Below, piece by piece: positions 7,331 to 14,941 of a stretch of 32,000 bases of DNA. The translations under genes and the position numbers were made by a program. The notes below the pieces were generated by a model, which worked only from the letters and a program-made list of their open reading frames with translations, had not been told where the DNA came from and ran no database searches. Each line of letters opens with the position of its first letter. Position 1 is the stretch's first letter. This DNA comes from Candidatus Lokiarchaeum ossiferum (GTDB taxonomy: Archaea > Asgardarchaeota > Lokiarchaeia > Sigyniarchaeales > Promethearchaeaceae): the NCBI GenBank assembly GCA_025839675.1, contig CP104013.1:1680001-1712000 (forward strand), written 5' to 3'.

Positions 7331-9184
7331 CTAAAAAAAATCGTCATCATCGGAAATATCTTCAAAATCATCTTCATCTGTACTCATGAAATTCTGTATG
7401 AACTCAAACCGTTCAGCGGGAGATAACGCCACCATTTCCCGAATAAATTCTTCTTGCTGCAGGGAATCCATCTTAAATTTCGTCAATAACATACGGATTT
7501 CATCTAAATCGACTATTTGCATGGGAGAAGTTAAAATTTCTTCCACATCAGGAGGAATTGCACCTTGGACTTGCAAATTATTTGCATTCAATTGAGAAAA
7601 TTCTAAGAGACGATGTGATTTAACAGCATCGATTGGAGGAAGGACAACATCCAATAACTCTGGATCAAGAGTTTGCAAATCTTTTTCAAGAGGATTATGG
7701 CGTTTCCATAACCGATCATAAATCGGAGAATAAAGAAAAGTAAACACAATAGTAATTACAATAATACCTAATAAAACTAAAAAAGCAATGAAATAGTTAA
7801 GTTGAGCAGATAGAGATGCAATTCGAGTGATTTTCAAAGTAAAAGAACCAATATTCCCGGCTCGATCTTCCAATTCGATGCGAAGTAGTAAATCGTTGAA
7901 TTTCATCGCTTCCCATATTTGATCTGGAAATACCACATAAAATTCTCCCTTAGAACGTTGAATGGGGATTAATGAAATATAATCAATTGTTGGATCCTCC
8001 ATATCTACAAAATCGGAATGAATGCTTCGGTGATTCCGCGTCAAATTTACGTATATTTTAAAATTTGAAATATCGTCATCCTTAAAGCTGAAATATAATG
8101 TTGGCTGTTCATCAAATTCATAAGCATCATATATCGGATTATAAACGGATTTAAGTGAAACATTACCGTTTTGTGCCCAAAATGTATTTGGATCACCGCT
8201 TTCAAACGCAGGTGGAATAGTATCTTTGATAAAAGTAATTTCATAGGAAGATGTTGGATTGCCTGCTGTATCATTTACGTAAATATAGATGACATTTTGA
8301 CCTTCTGGCATATTTTGGAAATCTTGGAGAATAATGGAAGACATTGTCCCATTGAAAAAATATGTCGTTGGATTGTTTGCGTACCCAAAATCACTATACT
8401 TTCGATTATTTACTGTAAAATAGACTTCAACATCATTAGCAACGTTATCTGTAATCCACAAATAGACTAATGGGCTTTCAGTAAAATAAAAGGGGTTATC
8501 ATGATATTTAATAAGTTGTCCATTCTGAGTGAGTTGAAATCCCAAATCAAATGTCGGAGCATGAAGATCTTTTGTTATATTAAGGGAATAAGTATAATTA
8601 ACAGAACTATTGATTTTAATAAAAAATTGGACAAAAATGGGAATTGTTTCATTTGTTTGATCCCATTTCTCTTTTAGCGTGATATTGAATAATGTTGAGA
8701 CCATATTTGAATTCAAGGGATTAAAGGGATCTAATGAATCCAAATCCACTTCATCAGAAATGTTGGAGATTCTCCACCAGTAACCCTCATTTGATTCGAT
8801 CACTGTCGTATTTAAAATTTCCAATTGGAGGGATGGAAATGACCGGAAAAATGTTTTATTATTTGGAGTAAGGACCCGAAATCCCACGGTATTATTTTCT
8901 ATAAGGTCAAAATTTGCATCAGAAGTCTCATTTTCATTAGAATAAATTTTTTTCGGATTAATATTCAAGATTGTTTTGGACGATTCCGCATCTACAGTTT
9001 CAAGATCATAATTTGTTTTGGGCACATAGAAATTGATCTGCCCTATTATAAACACAATCCACAAAAATCGTTTCCACGTGATTTTCTGGTCCATATGGAT
9101 CTTCACACAATCGCCTAACAAATTTCCAACATATAAATTCAACACACTTATCCAAATAAATTTAGCCCAATATTTTTGGGCCAT
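7331..9184 (-). CDS. Type I membrane surface protein with beta-sandwich (Ig-like) ectodomain repeats and an acidic cytoplasmic tail
   Basis: There is an N-terminal hydrophobic signal/anchor (WKRFLWIVFIIGQINFYV). I count about 14 non-Pro N-x-S/T sequons by eye in the ectodomain. Two D-x-AGN strand motifs typical of surface Ig-like domains are present (VNDTAGNPTSSYEITFIKDTIPP; LEDRAGNIGSFTLKITR). A single C-proximal TM (FIAFLVLLGIIVITIVFTFLY) is followed by a tail of about 130 aa ending DEDDFEDISDDDDFF. The internal start MDQKITWKRF (ATG at 9094) is plausible. It would leave a more normal divergent promoter region. Confidence 0.6.
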   Translation of the reverse strand: MAQKYWAKFIWISVLNLYVGNLLGDCVKIHMDQKITWKRFLWIVFIIGQINFYVPKTNYDLETVDAESSKTILNINPKKIYSNENETSDANFDLIENNTVGFRVLTPNNKTFFRSFPSLQLEILNTTVIESNEGYWWRISNISDEVDLDSLDPFNPLNSNMVSTLFNITLKEKWDQTNETIPIFVQFFIKINSSVNYTYSLNITKDLHAPTFDLGFQLTQNGQLIKYHDNPFYFTESPLVYLWITDNVANDVEVYFTVNNRKYSDFGYANNPTTYFFNGTMSSIILQDFQNMPEGQNVIYIYVNDTAGNPTSSYEITFIKDTIPPAFESGDPNTFWAQNGNVSLKSVYNPIYDAYEFDEQPTLYFSFKDDDISNFKIYVNLTRNHRSIHSDFVDMEDPTIDYISLIPIQRSKGEFYVVFPDQIWEAMKFNDLLLRIELEDRAGNIGSFTLKITRIASLSAQLNYFIAFLVLLGIIVITIVFTFLYSPIYDRLWKRHNPLEKDLQTLDPELLDVVLPPIDAVKSHRLLEFSQLNANNLQVQGAIPPDVEEILTSPMQIVDLDEIRMLLTKFKMDSLQQEEFIREMVALSPAERFEFIQNFMSTDEDDFEDISDDDDFF

Positions 9185-9242
9185 CCATACACCTTCCCTT
9201 CTTTTTCAAAGAAAACATTTTGGATAAATACTAATTTTTACC

Positions 9243-9647
9243 ATGGAACTTCAAAAAATTCAAAATTGTTTTTATCACAATACTCAAAGAAAATTTCTTT
9301 GCGAAAAATGTGGAAAAAATCTTTGTCATGATTGTGTGAAAGTGATTAAGGACCCAGAATTTCGAGACAAGACCTATTGTTATCCTTGCTATTATCAATA
9401 TCTTAAAAATAAGGAGATGGATTTGTTTAAATTAATACCCATTCCATGTGTTTGCCTTTTAGGATCAATATTTCTTTTTCTAAATGGGAACATTTTGGAA
9501 GGGATTCTAGTATTAATTAATTTTATTGGGATCCCTTTATTCTTAATTAAATTTTTAAGACCCAAGCGACTCGAAGAAGCGCGAAAAGTCGCCATGAAGT
9601 ATGACTCTGGATCATATCAATTAGATGAGAATATAAAGAAAAAATAA
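9243..9647 (+). CDS. B-box-like zinc-finger protein with two C-terminal transmembrane helices
   Basis: The N-terminal CFYH-NTQRKFL-CEKC-GKNL-CHDC equals C-x2-H-x7-C-x2-C-x4-C-x2-C, and a further CYPC follows. Two hydrophobic helices come next (LIPIPCVCLLGSIFLFL; ILVLINFIGIPLFLIKFL). Confidence 0.55.
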   Translation: MELQKIQNCFYHNTQRKFLCEKCGKNLCHDCVKVIKDPEFRDKTYCYPCYYQYLKNKEMDLFKLIPIPCVCLLGSIFLFLNGNILEGILVLINFIGIPLFLIKFLRPKRLEEARKVAMKYDSGSYQLDENIKKK

Positions 9648-9877
9648 AAAGGAAAATTTAGCCTGTTGGTGGATCCTTCATTTTGTTATTAATGGATGTG
9701 AAAATATTAAATAAATATATTACCAGTAAACCGAAGTTGATGGGAAATTTAATACTTGAACAATTAATTATCAATACATCTTTAATAGAACCATACTTTA
9801 GTTTGATTTTGATAATTTTGACATTCAATAATTTAGAAGAACAAATTTAGAAAAATGACTCACACGGGAAATTAAAA

Positions 9878-9952
9878 TGGTGCACTCGCCGGGATTTGAA
9901 CCCGGCTCCCCAACGTGGCAGGCTGAGATACTAACCGCTATACAACGAGTGC
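9878..9952 (-). tRNA. tRNA-Gly: tRNA-Gly (anticodon GCC), CCA encoded
   Basis: I folded the reverse complement GCACUCGUUGUAUAGCGGUUAGUAUCUCAGCCUGCCACGUUGGGGAGCCGGGUUCAAAUCCCGGCGAGUGCACCA by hand. The acceptor stem is GCACUCG/CGAGUGC. The D stem is GUAU/GUAU with G-U pairs. The anticodon stem is UCAGC/GUUGG with loop CUGCCAC. The T stem is CCGGG/CCCGG with loop UUCAAAU. The discriminator is A73, followed by CCA. Confidence 0.9.
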
Positions 9953-9982
9953 ATATTTTTGCCTAATGTAAATATCATTCCA

Positions 9983-9991
9983 TAATATAAA
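9983..9991 (-). promoter_or_regulatory. Candidate TATA box (tttatatta on the minus strand) for tRNA-Gly
   Basis: The AT box ends 30 nt upstream of the mature tRNA 5' end. This fits archaeal TATA spacing with a short leader. Confidence 0.3.
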
Positions 9992-10371
9992 AAATTTATT
10001 GAACAATTCAATTAAAAAAATGAACTATCTGATACCAATTTCAACATAAGAAAAAAAAAATCGAGAGAAGTATGATTGTTTTTATTTTTTTGAATATTGA
10101 CTAAAATTGACATTATCACTAATCTCAGAAAGCCTTTATTTGATATAGAAATCATTTTTTGGTCCAATTCATTTTAAATTTGCCAGTTATTGATAATCTA
10201 TCAAAAATCACTAATATATTTTCTCTAAAACAACATTAACATTCTAATACACGCGAATTTTCAAATTTTGATCAATAGTTTAATCACAGTATAAAAAAAT
10301 CAAAATCTCACATTATCCAAATTATCATAAAATGATAATATATTTAAAGGTGTTATCATTAAAATGTAATA

Positions 10372-11262
10372 ATGGAAATTCAAAAACAAAATTTAAGTTG
10401 GAACATTATGGGGATGATTCTTTATTTATTCATTTCCATCACACCAATTTTCAACTCATATTCTCCCCTATATTACATTTTTCGAATATTGTGGGGATAT
10501 CTTTTGATTTCAACCTTTCAAATTCTGTCTCACACACCTCAAAAACAAAAACGTTTTTTAGCTTATTCATTTTTCTTTTTGGGTCTAATTGCGGATTGTT
10601 TTATGTATTTTACCCTTCAAAAAAAATATTATACTCAATTTGTTGTTAAAACGACATATTTTTATTTAGTTTTTGCTCTTTTAGTCTTTTTAACAATCAT
10701 CTTAAGTGTGATTGAAATTCATAATTTGTTCCAAACTTTCAAAACGAGATCCCGAGTTCGCGATGAGATATTCTCAGCCTTCAAATTTTCTCCAAATCTG
10801 ATAAATAATGCAAGTTTATCGGTTCATTTTAAACGAATCACTCAAAAATGGAAATACAGCTTAAATAGATTAGGTTCTAAAAAAACAACAGAACAAAAAA
10901 AAAATATTAAAACCATGGCCGTTATACATCTCATACTGATTTATTTGGGCATATCAATAATATTGAGAACTATTACACTTTATGGACTTACAAATGGTGA
11001 ACAAGGGGTGGATTATTATTTTTGGTTAAGAACACTCGCAGCTTCAACTAGAAACACATCCTCAATATTTCTTAATTTAAGTTTTTATTTTTTACTAACT
11101 TTGATTGGAGGAGGTTCAATTTTTGCCATTATTCAAGCAAAGATGAAAACTAATCATGAATACAATGATTATCGAGAAGCGTCATTACTTTCTACTCATA
11201 ACAACACAATTTTTCAAATTAAGTCACAAAATAATCCTAACCAAACGGAGATTGATGAATAA
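10372..11262 (+). CDS. Polytopic membrane protein, function unknown
   Basis: A 296-aa ORF with multiple hydrophobic helices (MGMILYLFISITPIF, FLAYSFFFLGLIADCFMYF, YFYLVFALLVFLTIILSVI, MAVIHLILIYLGISIIL, FLNLSFYFLLTLIGGGSIFAII). Its stop codon abuts the next ATG. Confidence 0.55.
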   Translation: MEIQKQNLSWNIMGMILYLFISITPIFNSYSPLYYIFRILWGYLLISTFQILSHTPQKQKRFLAYSFFFLGLIADCFMYFTLQKKYYTQFVVKTTYFYLVFALLVFLTIILSVIEIHNLFQTFKTRSRVRDEIFSAFKFSPNLINNASLSVHFKRITQKWKYSLNRLGSKKTTEQKKNIKTMAVIHLILIYLGISIILRTITLYGLTNGEQGVDYYFWLRTLAASTRNTSSIFLNLSFYFLLTLIGGGSIFAIIQAKMKTNHEYNDYREASLLSTHNNTIFQIKSQNNPNQTEIDE

Positions 11263-11535
11263 ATGCCCAAATCAAGCCTAGAAAAACTACAATTTGCGCA
11301 ATTATTACTCGATAAAAACATACCCTATAATGAAATTCAAGAAAAATTGAAACTCAAATTTGGCTCTGGTATGTCAAATACTACTCTAGTAAAGATGCAA
11401 AACTTTGCAGAGTCTGAAGATTTGAAAGATCGACGAATAGCGGAGCTAGAACGAGAATTAAGATTTTTTAAAAAACTATATTTTGATTTGCTCGAAACAA
11501 CTCAAATTTCGCTAAAACACAAAGAAGACAGTTAA
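11263..11535 (+). CDS. Small protein with an HTH-like N-terminus and a coiled-coil C-terminus
   Basis: The ATG directly follows the upstream TAA (gaa taa atg). The N-terminus LEKLQFAQLLLDKNIPYNEIQEKLKLKFGSGMSNTTLVKM is HTH-like. The C-terminus RRIAELERELRFFKKLYFDLLE is heptad-like. Confidence 0.45.
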   Translation: MPKSSLEKLQFAQLLLDKNIPYNEIQEKLKLKFGSGMSNTTLVKMQNFAESEDLKDRRIAELERELRFFKKLYFDLLETTQISLKHKEDS

Positions 11536-11725
11536 ATATACAAATTTTTAAAGATGCTTTTTTAAAAAGTATCGTTAGAACTCTTTTTATCCTTTTTTTT
11601 AAATGCAAACTCAAAATTTAGAAATGACTAATCTGGCAATCATAGATTTTGGGGTGAAAATTATATATTTCTGTTCGATTCTCTTTTTGTTAATAATTAT
11701 TAACTCGTAAAAATCATGATATCAG

Positions 11726-12685
11726 CTATTCTAAAACGACATCGACCTTCTGATAACCGCGAACTTTTAAATTTTGATCCACAAAGGCTTGAAAGTGATG
11801 ATCACAAACCAATTGTGCGGGGATCGAAATAGTATTCAGAGGTTTGGATTTATTAATGAGATTTATTGGAAAGCCAATTTTTTTTGTCATCTGACAGGTT
11901 GGACACTTCACAGTAATGATTATTTCCCTGACGTCAGGTTTATTATCACCAGATGTGAAGAATTCTTGAATTTTATTCTTTATCAATCCTTTTCGTTTGA
12001 GAGCATCTTTTAGATTAATATTAGTGTAAAGAGGATTGTTTAGTGAATGAAGAATTTGTTTTAAGGCTTTGATATTGTTAGATTGGCAGTAATGAATAAT
12101 CAAATTATATTGCATCTTGTAATTATCTTCTAATCCAACTAAATCAGCAAAGAGATTATGTCTAATGATTCTGATATTTTCAGGAAATTCGATTTGATTG
12201 TCTTGGGGAAGGGAAATAAATTGCTCAGATTGAAGGGGCCAGGATAAACCGACAATAAACAGCATTACATCCATTCTTTGATATTTTAGACTTATTTCTA
12301 TCAATTTTTCCCAAGATAGATCAGTTGTATAGATAAATTGGAGGGCTTTGACATGTGCTATTTTTCCAGCATCAATATCGAATTGCGCAGCCAGGTTTTT
12401 ACCATCACCTTGACTTGTTAATCGATATTGTAAAAATTGTGTATCGTTTAAAATCAAACCATCAGCAACAATAGTTTCATCTTGATAAATTTTGGGATTC
12501 GTGTAGTAGATGAGTCCAGATTTATGACCGAATTCCGTAATTAAGGAGCTGAGGTGAGAACTAAATAAATTATGAGGGTCTTCATAACTTACGAGGGCTT
12601 CAGACTGAATACTGGCATAGTTTTGAGTATTTTCAGCATCGTCATCCAAATTTAATTCACTTGTATTATTAGAGGTAAGTATCAT
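11726..12685 (-). CDS. Orphan 319-aa protein with a C-terminal zinc-ribbon-like motif
   Basis: Clean ATG ORF. The C-terminus reads VKCPTCQMTKK...(27 aa)...CDHHFQAF (CxxC ... CxHH). I recognise nothing else. Confidence 0.5.
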   Translation of the reverse strand: MILTSNNTSELNLDDDAENTQNYASIQSEALVSYEDPHNLFSSHLSSLITEFGHKSGLIYYTNPKIYQDETIVADGLILNDTQFLQYRLTSQGDGKNLAAQFDIDAGKIAHVKALQFIYTTDLSWEKLIEISLKYQRMDVMLFIVGLSWPLQSEQFISLPQDNQIEFPENIRIIRHNLFADLVGLEDNYKMQYNLIIHYCQSNNIKALKQILHSLNNPLYTNINLKDALKRKGLIKNKIQEFFTSGDNKPDVREIIITVKCPTCQMTKKIGFPINLINKSKPLNTISIPAQLVCDHHFQAFVDQNLKVRGYQKVDVVLE

Positions 12686-13289
12686 GTACTTGTTTCACGC
12701 AAATTATTTGATATAGTGAGAAGACCCCATTCATTTATTATTTAGTTCGAGAAGATTTCTAAGGCCAGAGGTAATTATTGGAATGTTTCTAACTAAATTG
12801 ACAATTTTGCAAATATAAATATAATATATAAAAATCGAGGGATTTTGGTCGATATCCATGTGTAAAATAACGTTGAGAGAGAAGTTGGAATTTTTATCTT
12901 TTTTTCCTAACCAGTTATACAGAAGTGTGTTTTTTTAAAAACCAGCAGAATTAAAATTAATTGAATTGAGACTCAGTTTCCCGATGTACCATTGATATGA
13001 AAAATGGATTATTTTTATTTATTTTTCCAAAAAAACTTCAATAGGGTTCCCAATCATCATTTTATGAAATTTGGAAGTTTTCTGATCTAAATTCCCAAAA
13101 AAAAATGAAATATTCTGATGTTGATTTCCAAAAACATTTTTATAAATAACGAATAATGATTTGATAATTCTTCCTTTCCAGTGGAAATTAGTTAATTACA
13201 ACGACTTCATAACGATGTATACTTACACATAAGCAAGGATCTCAAATAATTCAAGTAGATTTTTATCAGTAGAGTAACATAAATGTGTT

Positions 13290-14507
13290 ATGCAAGCCAT
13301 TTCCTATATGAATAAAACTGATTTGCTTCTCAATGCGAGAAAACACTATTTTTCACTGGGTGTGGATGATGGAGCAGCAAGCCTATGTCGGGCCAATTTT
13401 ACTTATGGATTGGCAAAGATACACTATGCACAGCACAAGTTAGGTATATCCCCGAATGCAACATTTATATCGACTCCCGATGAAACGATTTCTCGTAATT
13501 CCAGGAGGTGGTCTTCGGGATATGGTTATGGAGGTAAATTAACGACTGGAGATCCAAATGACCCATTGATTTTCGTCGATACGAAACCCAACGCGTGTGG
13601 AATGCTGGTGGGTGGTTTGGAAAACCTTCCAAAACCCGATCAAATAATTAAAAATATCAATAAAGTGTTGGATTCAGAGATATATCTGGATAATATAAAG
13701 CTCGAATGGGACTATAAGAAAAGCAACCATTTCATCGATGTGTTTGAGACAAAGCTTGCAATCAAAAGTGATTTACATCTACCCCCCTATATGTTCATTA
13801 TTCACGGTTCTGTCCCCGAATTGCGAAAAGCTACGGAAAAAGGACCAGGATTATATTACGATCAATCACCCGAATTACGTGATATGTCCCAATCAATCAA
13901 GACACCTTTTGGTAACATTTTCTACCTAGAAGGGAGAAATGCAAAACAATATTACCACTTTTATCAGTACGCAAAGGAACTAGCCGCCAAAAAACGAGTG
14001 ATGGCAGCGGAGATTCTTTTTGGAAAATTTGAAACTCTTTCGAACCCAGTTCATCAAGGACTCCTGTCCTATGGAGAAATACTATTGGGTGCTCAACATA
14101 TCACAGAAGAAAAAAGTAAATTGTTTCCAGTCGCCCTTCGATCTGATCTACCTTCGTATTTAATAACTGCTCTCCCTAATTTAACCGATGAACAAATTGA
14201 TGATCTTGGATTTGAAAATCGAGCTAAAAAATTAGGCGTTCTCAAAAATTTAAAGAACTTAAATGTCCTTCCGCATGGAGGAGGATACAAACTACCCCAT
14301 ATTAATCAGGTTAGGGAAGTTCTTGAAATTGATGGAGAAAGATTCTTTGTATGTGAACAGGAGGTAGAAGATGGAACATATATCTTTTCCGATGTGACAG
14401 CCACTCAGTTTCTCTATCGAGGCAAAAAAATTATCAAACGAATCGAAGATCTGAACTTAGGAACGATTGAAGCCAAACTTTGGCCCAAATTCGTCTTGAA
14501 AATTTAA
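13290..14507 (+). CDS. Divergent RtcB-superfamily (RNA 3'-phosphate ligase-like) protein
   Basis: The ORF itself is solid (405 aa, ATG start). Collinear degenerate RtcB motifs are present: SGYGYGG, VDTKPNACGM, KSNHFIDVFE, FIIHGSVPELR, YAKELAAKKRVMA, NPVHQG, LPSYLITA and LPHGGGYKL. The HGGG motif lies 76 aa from the C-terminus, as in canonical RtcB. The family assignment is by eye only. Confidence 0.5.
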   Translation: MQAISYMNKTDLLLNARKHYFSLGVDDGAASLCRANFTYGLAKIHYAQHKLGISPNATFISTPDETISRNSRRWSSGYGYGGKLTTGDPNDPLIFVDTKPNACGMLVGGLENLPKPDQIIKNINKVLDSEIYLDNIKLEWDYKKSNHFIDVFETKLAIKSDLHLPPYMFIIHGSVPELRKATEKGPGLYYDQSPELRDMSQSIKTPFGNIFYLEGRNAKQYYHFYQYAKELAAKKRVMAAEILFGKFETLSNPVHQGLLSYGEILLGAQHITEEKSKLFPVALRSDLPSYLITALPNLTDEQIDDLGFENRAKKLGVLKNLKNLNVLPHGGGYKLPHINQVREVLEIDGERFFVCEQEVEDGTYIFSDVTATQFLYRGKKIIKRIEDLNLGTIEAKLWPKFVLKI

Positions 14508-14580
14508 ATAAACGAATTTGGATGGAATCAATTTTTAGAAGTGTTCAAAAAGAAAAAATGACCGAGAAAAAATATCGCGA

Positions 14581-14865
14581 TTATAACGCTTCAACTGATT
14601 CGCTTTTGTTTTTTTTTACGGGTTTTGGGGCCGCTTCAATCACAACGACATTTTGGGCCACTAGTCCTTTATCTCCATCGACAATCTCAAAAGTTACTTT
14701 ATCTTCTTGATGTAACGTTTTGAATTGATCTGATTCTCCAACTATTGCAGAAAAATGGACAAATACATCTTTTGCGTTCTCAGAATCATCAATAAGAGAA
14801 ATAAACCCATAACCTTTCTTATAATTAAACCATTTTACAATTCCTGTTGCCATCCCTCGCACCAT
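14581..14865 (-). CDS. csp: Cold-shock domain protein (CspA family) with a short basic C-terminal extension
   Basis: [15 protein letters not shown] (RNP1-like KGYGFI) and DVFVHFSAI (RNP2-like VFVHF) are present, with the rest of a 5-strand CSD. The tail reads [17 protein letters not shown]. An alternative start, [10 protein letters not shown], lies at 14853. Confidence 0.9.
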   Translation of the reverse strand: MVRGMATGIVKWFNYKKGYGFISLIDDSENAKDVFVHFSAIVGESDQFKTLHQEDKVTFEIVDGDKGLVAQNVVVIEAAPKPVKKNKSESVEAL

Positions 14866-14941
14866 ACAAATACTTTACAATTATATTGCAATTTATCAAA
14901 GAATTGTTAGAATTTAAATTTCCTATTACAATTTTCTTCAA

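Noticed and set aside
10332-10649. A 105-aa ORF overlapping the start of the 10372-11262 membrane-protein gene in another frame.
   Set aside because: The 296-aa frame is longer, has consistent TM-helix periodicity and is coupled to the downstream gene. The 105-aa frame looks like frame-shifted hydrophobic noise.
9648-12685. An integrated mobile element or genomic island next to tRNA-Gly.
   Set aside because: I saw no integrase, transposase, phage or plasmid genes and no visible duplication of the tRNA 3' end. Composition looks the same as the rest of the window.
12973-13060. Possible C/D-box sRNA on the minus strand, with atgatga (complement of 13054-13060) and ctga (complement of 12973-12976).
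   Set aside because: The boxes are about 85 nt apart, which is long for archaeal C/D sRNAs. I found no internal D'/C' boxes and no terminal stem. Short boxes like these are expected by chance in AT-rich DNA.
14480-14710. A 76-aa plus-strand ORF antisense to the cold-shock gene. Similar small ORFs lie around tbp (17702-17917 minus, 17753-17938 plus, 18094-18420 plus).
   Set aside because: All overlap well-supported genes in antisense or alternative frames and have low-complexity translations.
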